Positions 47,101 through 61,855 of a stretch of 64,000 nucleotides of DNA are shown piece by piece. Numbering within the stretch: position 1 is the stretch's first letter; each line of letters opens with the position of its first letter. The position numbers were made by a program, and so were the translations under genes. The notes under the pieces are model-generated. The model saw only the letters and a list, made by a program, of their open reading frames with translations, did no database searches and was not told the DNA's origin. The stretch comes from the human T2T-CHM13v2.0 reference genome, Homo sapiens. The DNA lies in the NCBI GenBank assembly GCA_009914755.4, contig CP068257.2:8800001-8864000 (forward strand), given 5' to 3'.

Positions 47101-50100
47101 ACAAAAACAGTTTCAAAACTGCTCAATCAACAGAAGGGATCAACTCTGTGAGATGAGTGCACACATCATGAAGAAGTTTCTCATATTTCCTTTTCCACAA
47201 TAGGCCTCAAAGCACTCCAAATATCCACTTGCAGATTCTACAAAGAAGTGTTTCAAAACTTCTCAATCATAAGATAGGTTCAACCCTGTGAGATGAATGC
47301 ACACATCACAAAAAGTTTCTCAGAATGCTTCTGTGTAGTTTTTACGTGAAGACATTTCCTTTTCCATAATTGACCTGAAATCGCTCCAAATATCCTCTTG
47401 CAGATCCTACAAAAAGAGTGTTTCAAAACTGCTCAATCAAAAGAAAGGTTCAACTCTGTGAGGTGAATGCACACATCACAAAGAAGTTTTTCAGAATGCT
47501 TCTGTATAGTTTTTAGGTGGAAATATCTGCTTTTCCACAGTAGGCCTCAAAGGGCTCTATGTGTCCACTTGCAAATTAAACAAAAAGAGTTTTTCAAAAC
47601 TGCTCAATCATAATATAGGTTCAACCATGTGAGATGAATGCACACATGACAAAGAAGTTCCTCAAAATGCTTTTCTGTAGTTTTCATTTGAAGATATTTC
47701 CTTTTCCACCATAGGCCAGAAAGGGCTCCAAATATCCACTTGCAGATTCTACAAAAAGAGAGATTCAAAACTGCTCAATCAAAATATAGGTTCAACTCTG
47801 TGAGTTGAATGCACACATCACAAAGAAGCTTCTCAGAATGCTTCTGTGTAGTTTTTATTTGAAGATATTTCCTTTTCCACAATAGGCCTCAAATCGCTTC
47901 AAATATCCAATTGCAGATTGTACAAAAAGAGTGTTTCGAAACTACTAAATCAAAAGAAAGTTTCAACTCTATGAGATGAATGCACACATAGCAAATAAGT
48001 CTCTCAGAATGCTTCTGTGCAGTTTTCATGTGAAGATATTTGCTTTTCCACAGTAGGCCTCCAAGCGCTCCAAATATCCACTTGCAGATTCTACAAAAAG
48101 AAAGATTCAAAACTGCTCAATCAAAAGATCGGTTCAACTCTGTGAGTTGAATGCACACATCACAAAGAAGTTTCTCAGAATGCTTCTGTGTATTTTTTAT
48201 GTGAAGATATTTCCTTTTCCACAATAGGCCTCAAAGCTCTCCAAAGGTCCACTTGCAGATTCTGCAAAAAAAGAGATTCAAAACTGCTCAATCAAAGTAT
48301 AGGTTTGACTGTGTGAGTTGAATGCACACCTCAGAAAGAAGTTTCTCAGAATGCATCTGCATAGTTTTTATTTGAAGATATGTGCTTTTGCATTGTAGGC
48401 CTCAAAGCGCTACAGATATCCACTTTCAGATCTGCAAAACGAGAGATTCAAAACTGCTGAATCAAAAGAAACGTTCAACTGTTTCTGATGAATGCACTCA
48501 TCACAAAGAAGTTTCTTTGAATGCTTCTGTGTAGTTTTTATTTGAAGATATTTTCTTTTCAATCATAGGGCAAAAAGGGCTACAAGTATCCACTTGCGGA
48601 TTATTCAAAAAAAGAGATTGAAAACTGCTCAGTCATAAGATAGGTTCAATCCTGTGTGATGAATGCACACATCACAAAGAAGTTTTTCAGAATGCTTCTG
48701 TGTAGTTTTTAGGTGAAGATACTTCCTTTTCCACAATAGGCCTGAAATCGCTCCAAATATCCACTTGTAGATTCTACAAAAAGTGTGTTTCAAAACTGCT
48801 CAATCAAAAGAAAGGTTCAACTCTGTGAGTTGAATGCACACATCACAGAGAGGTTTCTCAGAATGCTTCTGTGAAGTTTTTATATGAAGATATTTGATTT
48901 TCCACAGTTGGCCTCACAGTGCTCCAAATATCCACTTTTAGTTTCTGCAAAATGAGAGATTCAAAACTGCTCAATAAAAAGAAACGTTCAACTCTGTGTG
49001 ATGAATGCACTCATCACAAACAAGTTTCTCTGAATGCTTCTGTGTTGTTTGTATTTGAAGATATTTCCTTTTCCACCATAGGGCGCAAATGGCTCCAAAT
49101 ATCCACTTGCAGATTCTACAGAAAGAGAGATTCAAAACTGCTCAATGAAAAGATAAGTTCAACTCTGTGAGTTGTATGCACATATCACAAAGAAGTTTCT
49201 CAGAATGCTTCTGTGTAGTTTTTATGTGAAGACATTTTCTTTTCCACCATAGGCCACAAAGGGCTCCAATTATCCACTTACAAAAAGAGTGTTTCAAAAC
49301 TGCTCAATCAAAAGAAAGGTTCAACTCTGTGAGATGAATGCACACATTACAAACAAGTTTCTCAGAATGCTACTGTGTAGTTTTATATGAATATATTTGC
49401 TTTTCCATGGTAGGCCTCAAAGCGCTCCAAATATTCATTTTCAGATTCTACAAAAAGAGTGTTTCAAAACTGCTCAATCATAAGATAGGTTTAACCCTGT
49501 GTGATGAATGCACATATCACAAAGATGTTTCTCAGAATGCTTCTGTGTAGTTTTTATGTGGAGATATTTCCTTATCCACAATAGGCTGCAACGGGCTCCA
49601 AATATCCACTTGCAGATTCTACAAAAGCAGAGATTCAAAACTGCTCAATCAAAAGATAGGTTCCAATCTGTGAGTTAAATGCACACATCACTAAGAAGTT
49701 TCCCAGAATGCTTCTGTGTATTTTTTATTGGAAGATATATCCTTTTCCACAACAGGCTTCAAACTCTCCAAATATCCACTTGCAGATTCTGCAAAAAGAC
49801 TGTTTCAAAACTGCTCAATAAAAAGAAATGTTCAACTATGTGTGATCAACGCACTCATCACAAATTACTTTCTCTGAGTGCTTCTGTGTAGTTTTTATTT
49901 GAAGATATTTCCTTTTTCACCACAGGGGGCAAAGGGCTCCAAATATCCACTTGCAGATTCTATAAAAAGAGAGATTCAAAACTGCTCAATAGAAAGATAG
50001 GTTCAACTCTGTGAGTTGAATGTACACATCACAAAGAAGTTTCTCAGAATGCTTTTGTGTAGTTTTTATGTGAAGATATTTCCTATACCACAATAGGCCT

Positions 50101-53081
50101 CAAATCGCTCCAAATATTCACTTGCTGATTCTACAAAAAGAATGTTTCAAAACTGCTCAATCAAAAGAAAGGTTCACCCTTGTGAGATGAAGGCACACAT
50201 CACAAAGAAGTTTCTCAGAATGCTTCTGTGTATTTTTTATGGGAAGATATTTCCTTTCCCAAACTAGGCCTCAAATAGCTCCAAATATCCACGTGCAGAT
50301 TCTACAAAAAGAGTGTTTCAAAACTGCTCTATCAAAAGAAAGGTTCAACTCTGTGAGATGAATGCAAACAAAACAAAGAAGTTTCTGAGAATTCTTCTGT
50401 GTAGTTATATGAAGATATATCCTTTTCCACAATAGGCCTCAAAGCATTCCACATATCCACTTACAGATTCTACAAAAAGAGTGTTTCAAACTGCTCAATC
50501 CAATGAAAGGTTCAACTCTGTGAGATAAATGCACACATAACAAAGAAATTTCTCAGAATTCTTCTGTGTAGTTTCTATGGGAAGATATTACCCTTACCAC
50601 CATCGGCCACAAAGAGCTCCAAATAACCACTTGCAGCTTGTACAAAAAGAGAGTTTCAAAACTGCTCCCAAGAGATAGGTTCAAATCTGCGAGTTGAATG
50701 CACACATCACAGAGAAGTTTCTCAGAATGCTTCTGTGTAGTTTTTATTTGAAGATATTTCCTTTTCCACCATAGGCTGCAAAGGGCTCCAGATATCCACT
50801 TTCAGATTCTACAAAAGGAGAGTCTTAAAACTGCCCTATCAAAAGAGTGGTAAAACTCTATGAGATGAAGGCACACATTACAAAGAAGTTTCTCAGAATG
50901 CTTCTGTGTAGTTTTTATGTAAAGATTTTTCCTTTTCCACTATAGGCCTCAAAACATTCCAAATATCCACTTGCAGATTCTACAAAAAGTGTGTTTCAAA
51001 ACTGCTCTATCAAAAGAAAGTTTCAACTCTGTGAGATGAATGCACACATCAGAAAGAATTTTCTCAGAATGCTTCTGTCTAGTTTTTATGTAAAGATATT
51101 TCCTTTTCCACCATAGGCCTGAAAGGGCTCCAAATATCCACTTGCAGATTCTACAAAAAGAGAGTTTAAAAACTGCTCTATCAAATGAAGGGTTCAGCTC
51201 TGTGAGATGAATGCACACATCACAAAATAGTTTCTCAGAATGCTTCTGTGTAGTTTTTATGGGAAGATATTTCCTTTTCCACCTTTGGCCACAAAGGTCT
51301 CCAAATAAACACTTGCAGATTCAACAAAAAGAGTGTTTCAAAACCTCTCTATCAAAAGATAGATTCAACTCAGTGAGTTGAAGGCACACATTCACAATGA
51401 AGTTTCTCAGAATGCTTCTGTGTAGGTTTTATGTGATGATTTTTCCTTTTCCACCATAGGCCCCAAATCACTTCAAATATCCACTTGCAGATTCTACAAA
51501 AAGAGAGTTTCGAAACTGCTCTATAAAAATATTGGTTCAGCCTGTTGAGATGAAGGCACACATCACAAAGAAGTTTCTCAGAATGCTTCTGTATGCTTTT
51601 TATGTGAAGACGTTTCCTTTCCCTCCATAGGTCTCAAAGCCCTCCAAATATCTAATTGCAGATTCTACAAAAAGAATGTTTCCAAACTGCTGTATCAAAA
51701 TAAAGACTCAAGTCTGTGAGATGAATGCACACATCAAAAAGAAGTTTCTCAGAATGCTTCTGTGTAGTTTTTATGTGAAGACATTTACTTTTCCACAATA
51801 GGCCTCAAACGGCTCCAAATATCCCCTTGTAGATTATACAAAGAGAGTGGTTCCAAACTGCTGATTCAATGGAAACGTTCAACTCTGCGACATGAATGCA
51901 CACATCCCAAAGAAGTTTCTGAGAATGCTTCTGTGCAGATTTTATGTGAAGGTATTTCATTTTCCAGAACAGGGCTCAAAGTGCTACAAATATCCACTTG
52001 CAGATTCTACAAAAAGAGTGTTTCAAAACTACTCAATCAAAGTAAGTTTCAACTCTGTGAGATGAATGCACACATCACAAAGAAGTTTGTCAAAATGCTT
52101 CGACCTAGTTTTTATGTGAAGATATTTCCTTTTCCACCTTAGGCCTGCACAATGAAAAGTGCACAATGAAAAGTAAGTTTCAACTCTGTGAGATGAAAGC
52201 ACACATCACGAAAAAGTTTGTCAGAATGCTTCTGTCTACTTTTTGTTTGAAGATATTTCCTTTTCCACCTTAGGCCTAAAAGTGCTCCAAATGTCCACTT
52301 GCAGATTCTACAAAAAGAGAGTTTCAAAGCTGCTCAATGAAAAGAAAGTTTCTACTCTCTGAGATGAATGCACACATCACAAAAAAGTTTGTCAGAATGC
52401 ATCTGTCTAGTTTTTATGTAAAGATACTTCCTTTTCCACCACAGCCCCCAAAGCGCTCCAAATATCCACTTGCAGATTCTACAGAAAGAGTGTTTGAAAA
52501 CTGATCAATGAAAAGTAAGGTTCAACTCTGTACGATGAATGCACACATCACAAAGAAGTTTGTCAGAATGCTTTGGTCTAGTTTTTATATGAAGATATTT
52601 CCTTTTCCACCATAGGCCTCAAAGTGTGAAAAATGTCCATTCCAGATTCTACAGAAAGAGTGTTTCCAATCTGTTCAATGAAATGGAGGGTTCAACTCTG
52701 TGAGATGAATGCACACATCAAAAAGAAGTTTGTCAGAATGCTTCTGTCCCATTATTACATGAAAATATTTCGTTGTCCACCATAGGCCTCAAAGCGCTCC
52801 AAATGTCAACTTGCAGATTCTACAAAAAGCGTGTTTCAAAGCTGCTCAATCAAAAGGAAGTTTTAACTCTGTGAGATGATTGCACATGTCACAAAGAAGT
52901 TTGTCAGAACGCTTCTGTTTAGTTTTTATGTGAAGATATTTCCTTTTCCACCATAGTCCTCAAAGCGCTCCAAATGTCCACTTGTAGATTCTACAAAAAG
53001 AGTGTTTTAAAACTGCTCCATGAAAAGAAATGTTCAACACAGTAAGATGGAGGCATATATCGCAAAGAAGTTTGTCAGAAT
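44199..53081 (-). repeat. Alpha-satellite, reverse-complement orientation, family Y. The last ~1 kb (52020-53081) carries the CTGACAAAC variant, called Y' here.
   Basis: Strand switches at ~44197-44200 and ~53080-53083. Monomers read ...GAATGCACACATCACAAAGAAGTTTCTCAGAATGCTTCTGTGTAG... Confidence 0.94.
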
Positions 53082-56000
53082 GTTTTGAAACACCGTTTTT
53101 GTAGAATCTGCAAGTGGATATTTGGAGCACTATGAGGCCTATCGCGGAAAAGGAAATGTCTTCACATGAAAACTAGACAGAAGCATTCTGACAAACTTCT
53201 TTGTGATGTGTGCATTCATCTCACAGTGCTGAAACTTGCTTTCAATTGAGCAGTTTTGAAACACTCTTTTTGAAGTATCTGCAAGTGGACATTTGGAGCG
53301 CTTTGAGGCCCATAGTGGGAAAGGAAATATCTTCACATAAAAACCAGACAGATGCATTCTGACAATTTTCTTTGTGATATGTGCATTGATCTCACAGAGT
53401 TGAATCTTACTTTTCATTGAGCAGTTTTGAACCACTCTTTTTGTAGAATCTGCAATTGGATATTTAGAGCACTTTGAGGCCTATGATGGAAAAGGAAATA
53501 TCTTCACATAAAAACGAGACAGAAGCATTCTGACAAACTTCTTTTGATATGTGCATTCATCTCACAGAGATGAAACTTTCTTTTGATTGAGCAGCTTTTA
53601 AACATTCTTTTTGTAGAATCTGCAAGTGGACAATTTGAGCGCTTTGAGGCCTATGGTGGAAATGGAAATATCTTCATATAAAAACTAGACATAAGCATTC
53701 AGAAAAAGTTTTCTGTGATGTGTGCATTCACCTCAAAGTGCTGAACCTTACTTTCAATGGAGCAGCTTTGAAACACTCTTTTTGTAGAATTTGCAAGTGG
53801 ACATTGGAGAGCTTTGAGGCCTATGGGTGGACAAAGAAATATCTTCATATAATAACTAGACGGAAGCATTATGAGAAACTTCTTTGTGATGTGTGCATTC
53901 ATCTCACACAGAGTTGAACCTTTCTTTGGAATGAGCAGCTTTGAAACACTCTTTTTGTAGAATCTGCAAGTGGACATGTGGAGCACTTTGAGGCCCATTG
54001 TGGAAAAGGAAATATCTTCATATAAAACTAGACAGAAGCTTTCTGACAAACTTCTTTGTGATGTGTGCATTCAGCTCACAAAGTTGAACATTTCTTTTCA
54101 TTGAACAGCTTTGAAACATTCTTTTTGTTGAATCTGCAAGTGGACATTTGGAGCGATTTGTAGCCTATTGTGGAAAAGGACATATCATCAAATAAAAACT
54201 AGACATACACATTCTGACAAACTTCTTTGTGATGTGTGCATTCATCTCACAGAGTTGAATCTTTCTTTTCATTGAACAGCTTTGAAACACTCTTTTTGTA
54301 GAATCTGCAAGTGGACATTTGCTGCGCTTTGGGGCCAAAGTTGGAAAAGGAAGTATCTTCACTTAAAAACTAGACAGAAGCCTTCTGACAAACTTCTTTG
54401 TGATGTGGGCATTCACCTCACAGATTTGAACCTTGCTTTTCATTGAGCAGCTTTGAAACACTCTTTTTGTAGAATCTGCAAATGGACATTTGGAGCGATT
54501 TGCGGCCAGTGCTGGAAAGCGAAATATTTTCACAAAAAACCTGACAGAAGCATTGACAAACTTCTTTGTTATGTGTGCATTCATCTCACAGGGTTGAACT
54601 TTTCTTTTGATTGAGCAGCTTTGAAACACTCTTTTTGTAGAATCTGTAAGTGGACATTCGGTGCGCTTTGAGGTCTATGGTTGAAAAAGAAACATCTTCA
54701 CATAAAAACTAGACAGCAGCATTCTGACAAAAAACATTGTGATGTGTGCATTCATCTCACAGAGTAGAAACTTACTTTCATTGAGCAGTTTTTAAACACT
54801 CTTTTTCTAGAATCTGCAAGTGGACTTTTGGAGCCCTTTGAGGCCTATATTGGAAAAGAAAATATCTTCACATAAACACTAGACAGAAGCATTCTGACAA
54901 ACTACTTTGTGATGTGTGCATTCATCTAACACAGTTGAACTTTCTTCTGACCGAGCAGCTTTGAAACACTCTTTTTGTAGAATCTGCAAGTGGACATTTT
55001 GAGCGCTGGAGTCCAATCGTGGAAAAGGAAATATCGTCATATAAAAAGTAGACAGAATCATTCTGACAATCTTCTGTGTGAAGTCTGCATTCATCTCACA
55101 GAATAGAACCTTTCTTTTGATTGAGCAGCTTTGAAACACTCTTTATGTACAATCTGTAAGTGGACATTTGGAGCTCTTTGAGGCCTATGATGGAAAAGGA
55201 AATATCTTCACATAAAAACTAGGCAGACGTATTCTGACCAACATCTTTGTGATATGTGCATTCTTCTCACAGAGTTGAACCTTACTTTTGATTGAGCAGT
55301 TTTGACACACTCTTTTAGTAGAATCTGCAAGTGGATATTTTGAGTGCTTTGAGAGCCAATGGTGGAAAAGGAAACATCTTCACATAAAACCTACACAGAA
55401 ACATTCTGACAAAGTACTTTGTGATGTGTGCATTCATCTCACAAAGTTAAACATTTCTTTTGATTGAGCAGCTTTGAAACACTCTTTTTGTAGAATCTGC
55501 AAGGGGACATTTGGAGCGCTTTGAAGCCAATGTTGTAAAAGAAAATATCTACACATAAAAGCTAGACAGAAGCTTTCTGAAAAACTTCTTTTTGATGTGT
55601 GCATTCATCTCACAGAGTTGAACCTCTCTTTTGATTGAGGAGCTTTGAAACACTCTTTTTGTACAATCTGCAAGGACCATTTGGAGCACTTTGACGGCTA
55701 TGGTGGAAAAGGACTATCTTCACTTAAAAACTAGACAGAAGCATTATGACAAACTTCTTTTTGATACGTGCATTCATATCACAGAGTTGAACTTTCTTTT
55801 AATTGAGCAGTTTTCAAACACTCCTTGTGTAGAATCTGCAAGTGGACATTTGGAGCCCTTTGGGGCCTATGGTGGAAAAGGAAATATTTTCACATAAAAA
55901 CTAGACAGAGGCATTCTAATAAACTTCTTTTTGATGTGTGCATTCATATCACAGAGTTGAACATTACTTTTGATTGAGCAGTTTGGAAAATTTCTTTTTG

Positions 56001-59000
56001 TAGAATCTGCAAGTGGACATTTGGAGCACTTTGAGCCCTATGATAGAAAAGGAAATATGTTCACATAACTAGACAGAAGCATTCTGACAACCTTCTTTGT
56101 GATGTGTGCATTCATCTAACAGAGATGAACCTTACTTTTCATTGAGAAGTTTTGAGACACACTTTTTGTAAAATCTGCAAGTGGACATTGGGAGCATTTT
56201 GCGACCAATGGTGGAAAAGGAAAATCTTCACATAAAAACTAGACAGAAGCATTCTGTTAAACTTCTTTGTGATGTGTGCATTCGCCTCCCAGAGTGGAAC
56301 CTTACTTTTCACTGAGCAGTTTTCGAACACTCTTTTTGTGGAATCTGCATACGGATATTTAGTGCTCTTTGAGGCCTATGATGAAAAAGGAAATATCTTC
56401 ACATAAAAACCGGACAGAAGCATTCTGACACACTTCTTGGTGATGGGTGCATTCAGCTCACAGGGTTGAACCTTTCTTTTGATTGAGCAGCTTTGAAACA
56501 CTTTTTTTTTTTTTAGAATCGGCAAGTGGATATTTGGAGCGGTTTGAGGCCTATGGTGGAAAAGGAAATATCTTCACATAAAAACTGGACAGAAGCATTC
56601 TCACAAACTGCTTTGTGATGTGTGCATTCATCTCACAAAGTTGAAACTTTCTTTTGATTGAGCAGCTTTGAAACACTCTTTGTAGAGTCTGCAAGTGGAC
56701 ATTTGGAGCACTTTGAGGCCTACAGTGGAAAAGGAAATACCTTCACATAAAAATTAGACAGAAGGATTCTGAGAAACTTCTTTGTGATGTGTGCATTCAT
56801 CTCACAGAGTTGAACCTTACTTTTCATTGAGCAGTTTTGAAACACTCTTTTTGTAGAATCTGCAAGTGGACATTTGGAGAACTTTGAGGCCTGTGGTGTA
56901 AAAGGAAATATCTTCACATAAAAACTAGACAGAAGCATTCTGACAAACGTCTTTGTGATGTGTGCTTTCATCTCACAGAGTTGAACATTTCTTTTGATTT
57001 AGCAGCTTTGAAACACTCTTTTTGTAGAATCTGCTGTTGGACATTTGCGGCACTTCAAGCCAATGGTAGAAAAGGAAATACCTTCACATAGAAAGTAGAT
57101 AGAGCCAGTCTTACAAACTTCTTTGTGATGTGTGCATTCATCTCACAGTATTGAACCTTTCTTTTGATTGAGCAGCTTTGAAACCCTCTTTTTGCAGAAT
57201 CTGCAAGTGGACATTTGGAGCGCCTTGTGGACTATTGTAGAATAAGGAATATCTTCACATAAAAACTAGACAGGAGCATTCTGACAAACTTCTTAGTGAT
57301 ATGTGCATTCATCTTGCATCATTGAACCTCCCCTTTGATGGAGTAGTTCTGAAACTGTCTTTTTGTAGAATCTGCATGTGGAGATTTTGAGAGCTTTTAG
57401 GCCTATGTTGCAAAAGGAAATATCTTCATATAGAAACTAGACAGAAGCATTCTGACAACCTTCTTTCTGACATGTGCATTCATCTCACAGAGTTGAACTT
57501 TCCTTTTTATGGACCAGTTTTGAAATACTCTTTTTGTAGAATGTGTAAGTGGACATTTAGAGCATCTCGAGGCCTATGGTGGAAAATGAAATATCTTCAC
57601 ATAAAACTAGACAGAAGAATTCTGAGTGAGAAACTTCTTTGTGATGTGTGCGTTCATCTCACAGAGTTGAACCTTTCTTTTGATTGAGCAGTTTGCAAAC
57701 ACAATTTTTGTAGATTCTGCAAGTGGACATTTGGAGTGCTTTGCGGCCTATGGTAGAAAAGGAAATATCCTCACATAAAACCTAGACAGAAGCAATGTGA
57801 GAAACTTCTTTTTGATTTGTGCATTCATCTCACAGAGTTAAACATTTCTTTTGATTGAGCAGTTTTGAAACACTCCTTTTGTGGAATCTGCAAGTGGACA
57901 TTTGGAGGGCTTTGAGGCCTATGGTAGAAAAGGAAATATCTTCACATAAAATCTAGACAGAAGCAATCTGAGAAACATCTTTGTGATGTATGCATTCATC
58001 TCACAGAGTTAAACCCTTCTTTGTTTGAGCAGTTTTGAAAATCTTTTTTTATAGAATCTGCAAGAGGACATTTTGAGGGCTTTGAGGCCTTTGGTGAAAA
58101 AGGAAATATCTTCACATAAAACTAGACAGAAGAATTCTGAGAAACTTCTTTGTGATGTGTGCATTCATCTCACAGAGTTGAACCTTTCTTTTGATTGAGC
58201 AGTTTGGAAACACAATTTTTATAGATTCTGCAAGTGGACATTTGGAGCACTTTGCGGCCTATGGTAGAAAAGGAAATATCTTCACATAAAACCTAAACAG
58301 AAGCAATGTGAGAAACTTCTTTGTGATGTGTGTATTCATCTCACAGAGGTAACCCTTTCTTTCAATAGAGCAGTTTAGAAATGCTCTTTTTGTAGGATCT
58401 GCAAGTGGACATTTGGAGCGCATTTAGTCCTGTGGTGGAAAAGAAAATATCTTCACATAAGTACTAGACAGAAGAATTCTGAGAAACTTATTTGTGATGT
58501 GTGCATTCATCTCACAGAGCTGAACCTTTCTTTTGATTGAGCAGTTTGGAAACACTCTTTTTGTGGAATCTGCAAGTGGTCATTTGGAGCGCTTTGCGGC
58601 CTAAGATAGAAAAGCAATAACTTCACATAAAATCTAGACAGAAGCAATCTGAGAAACTTCTTTGTGATGTGTCCATTCATACCACAGAGTTAAAACTTTC
58701 TTTTGATTGAGGAGTTTTGAAACTCCCTTTTTGTAGAATCTGCTCATGGACACTTGGAGGGCTTTGAGGCCTATTGTGGAAAAGGAAATATCTTCACATA
58801 AAAACTAGACAGAAGAATTCTGAGAAACTTCTTTTTGATATGTACGTTCTTCTCACAGAGTTGAATCTTTCTTTTGATTGAGCAGTTTTGAAACTCTCTT
58901 TTTGTAGAATCTGCAAGTGGACATTTGGAGCGCTTTGAGGCCTATGGTGGAAAAGGAAATATCTTCACGTAAAAACTAGATAGAAGCATTCTGAGAAACT

Positions 59001-60989
59001 GCTTTGTGATGCGTGCATTCATCTCCCAGAGTTGAACGTTTCTTTTGATGGACCAGTTTTGAAATACTCTTTTTGTATAATCTGCAAGTGGACATTTCGA
59101 GCGCTTTGTCTCCTATTGTGAAAAAGGAAATATCTTCACTTAAAATCTAGACAGAAGCAATCTGAGAAACTTCTTTTTGATGTGTGCGTTCATCTCACAG
59201 AGTTAAAACTTTCTTTTGATTGAACAGTTTTGAAAATCTCTTTTTGTAGTATCTGTAAGTGGACATTTGGAGTGCTTTGAGGCCAATGGTAGAAAAGGAA
59301 ATCACTTCACATAAAAACTAGACAGAAGAATTCTGAGAAACTTATTTGTGATGTGTCCATTCATCTCACAGAGTTGAACCTTTCTTTTGTTTGAGCAGTA
59401 TGGAAACACCCTTTTGGTAGAATCTGCAGGTTGACATTTGACGTCCTTTGAGGCCTTGGTTGAAAAGGAAATATCCTCACATAAAATCCAGACAGAAGCA
59501 ATCTGGGAACCTTCTTTGTGATGTGTGCATTCATCTCCCAGAGTTAAACCTTTCTTCTGATTGAGCAGTTTTGAAACTGTCTTTTTGTAGAATCTTCAAG
59601 TGAACATTTGGAGTGCATTTAGTCCTGTGGTGGAAAAGAAAATATCTTCACATAAAAACTAGACAGAAGAATTCTGGGAAACTTCTTTTATAAGCGTGCA
59701 TTCATCTCACAGAGTTGAAGCTTTCTTTTGATTGAGCAGTTTGGAAACACTCTTTTTGTAGTATCTGCAAGTGGACATTTGGAGTGCTTTGCGGCCTGCG
59801 ATAGAAAAGGAAATATCTTCACATAAAATCTGGAGAGAAGCAATCTGAAAAACTTCTTTGTGATGTGTGCCTTCATCTCAAAGAATTAAACCTTTCTTTT
59901 GATTGAGTAGTTTTGAAACACACTTTTTGTGGAGTCTGCTAATGGACATTTGGAAGGCTTTGAGGCCTATGGTGGAAAAGGAAATATCTTCACATAAAAA
60001 GTAGACAGAAGAATTCTGAGAAACTTCTTTGTTACATGTGCGTTCATTTCACAGAGTTGTACCTTTCTTTTGATTGAGCAGTTTGGAAACACTCTATTTG
60101 TAGAATCTGCAAGTGGACATTTGGAGCGCTTTATGGTAGAAAAGGTAATATCTTTACATAAAATCTAGACAAAAGCAAACTGAGAAACTACTTTCTGATG
60201 TGTGCATTCATCTCACAGTGTTAAACCTTTCTTTTGATTGAGGAGTTTTGTAGCTCTCTTTTTGTAGAATCTGCAAGTGGACATTTGGAGAGCTTTGGGG
60301 CCTATCGTGGAGAAGAAAATATCTTCACATAAAAACTAGACAGAAGAATTTTGAGAACCTTCTTTGTGATGCGTGGGTTCATCTCACAGAGGTCTATGGT
60401 AGAAAAGGAAATATCTTCACTTAAAATCTAGACAGAAGCAATTGGAGAAACTTCTTTGTGATGCGTGCATTCATCTCACAGAGTTAAACCTTTCTTTTAA
60501 TTGAGCAGTTTTTAAACTCTCTTTTTGTAGAATGTGCAAGTGGACATTTGAGGCGCTTTGTGGCCTATGGTAGAAAAGAAAATATCTTCACATATCTAGA
60601 CAGAAGCAATCTGAGAAACTTCTTTGTAATCTGTGCATTCTTCTCACAGAGTTAAGCCTTTCTTTTGATTGAGGAGTTTTGTAACTCTCTTTTTGTAGAA
60701 TGTGCAAGTGGACATTTGTGCCACTTTGAGGCCTATGGTGGAAAAGGAAATATCTCCACATAAAAACTAGACAGAAGAATTCTGAGAAACTTCTATCCAA
60801 TGTGTGCATTCATCTCACAGAGTTGAACATTTCTTTTGATAGAGCAGTTTTGAAACACTCTTTTTGTAGAATCTGCAAGTGGATATTTGGAGCCCTCTGA
60901 GTCCTATTGTGGAAAAGGAAATATCTTCACATAAAAACTAGAGAGAAGCATTCTTAGAAACTACTTTGTGATGTGTCCATTCATCTCAT

Positions 60990-61855
60990 GGAGTTGAAAC
61001 TTTCTTTTGATTAAGCAGTTTGGTAACAGTATTTTTGTAGCATCTGCAAAGGTATAATTGTGATTCCTTTATGGCCTATGGTTAAATAGGAAATATCTTC
61101 ACATAAAAACTAAACAGTAGCTTTCTGAGAAACTTCTCTGTGGTGTGTGATTTCATCTCACAGAGTTGAACAATTCCTTCAATTGAGAAGGTTGGAAATA
61201 GTCTTTTTGTACAACCTGCAAATGGATATTTGCTGCTCTTTGAGGCCAATGGTGAAAAAGGAAATATCTTCACATAAAAATTAGACGGAAGCATTCTGAA
61301 AAACTTCTTTGTGACGTTTGCATTCATCTCACACAGTTGAACATTTCTTTGATCGGAGATTTGGAAACAGTCTTTTTGTAAACTCTACAAAGGGATAATT
61401 GTGAACCCTTTTAGGCCTATGGTGAAGTAGGAAATATCTTCATATAAAAACTACACAGAAACATTCTGAGAAAGTTTTTTGTGATGGGTGCATTCATCTC
61501 ACAGAGTTGAAGCTTTCTTTTGCTAGAGCAGTTTGGAAACAGTCCTTTGTAGAATCCCCAAAGGGATAATTCTGAGCCTATTGAGGCCTTTGGTGATGTA
61601 GGAAATATCTTCACATAAAAGCTAGACAGAAGCTTTCTGAGAAACTTCTTTTAAATGAGTGCTTTCATCTCAAAGAGTTGAGCATTTCTTTTGACTGAGA
61701 AGTTTGGAAACACACTCTTTTCAGAATCTGCAAATGGATAATTGGAGCACATTGAGGCCTATAGTGAAAAAGCAAATATCTTCACATAAAAACTAAACAG
61801 AAGCTTTCTGAGAAACTACTTTGTAATGCGTGCATTCATCTTACAGAGTTTAACC
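60990..61855 (+). repeat. Five family-X monomers embedded in the family-Z array. They are a diverged copy (~93-95% by eye) of window 3810-4680.
   Basis: Shared diagnostic variants: GATTGAAGATTTGGACACAG / GATCGGAGATTTGGAAACAG, CAAAGGGATAATTGTGAACCC, GTGAAGTAGGAAATATCTTCATATAAAAACTACACAGAAACATTCTGAGAAA and CTCAAAGAGTTGAGCATTTCTTTTGACTGAG. The minus-strand ORF 61417-61614 shares the peptide PKAS.GSE.SLWGFY with ORF 4327-4518. Confidence 0.8.
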
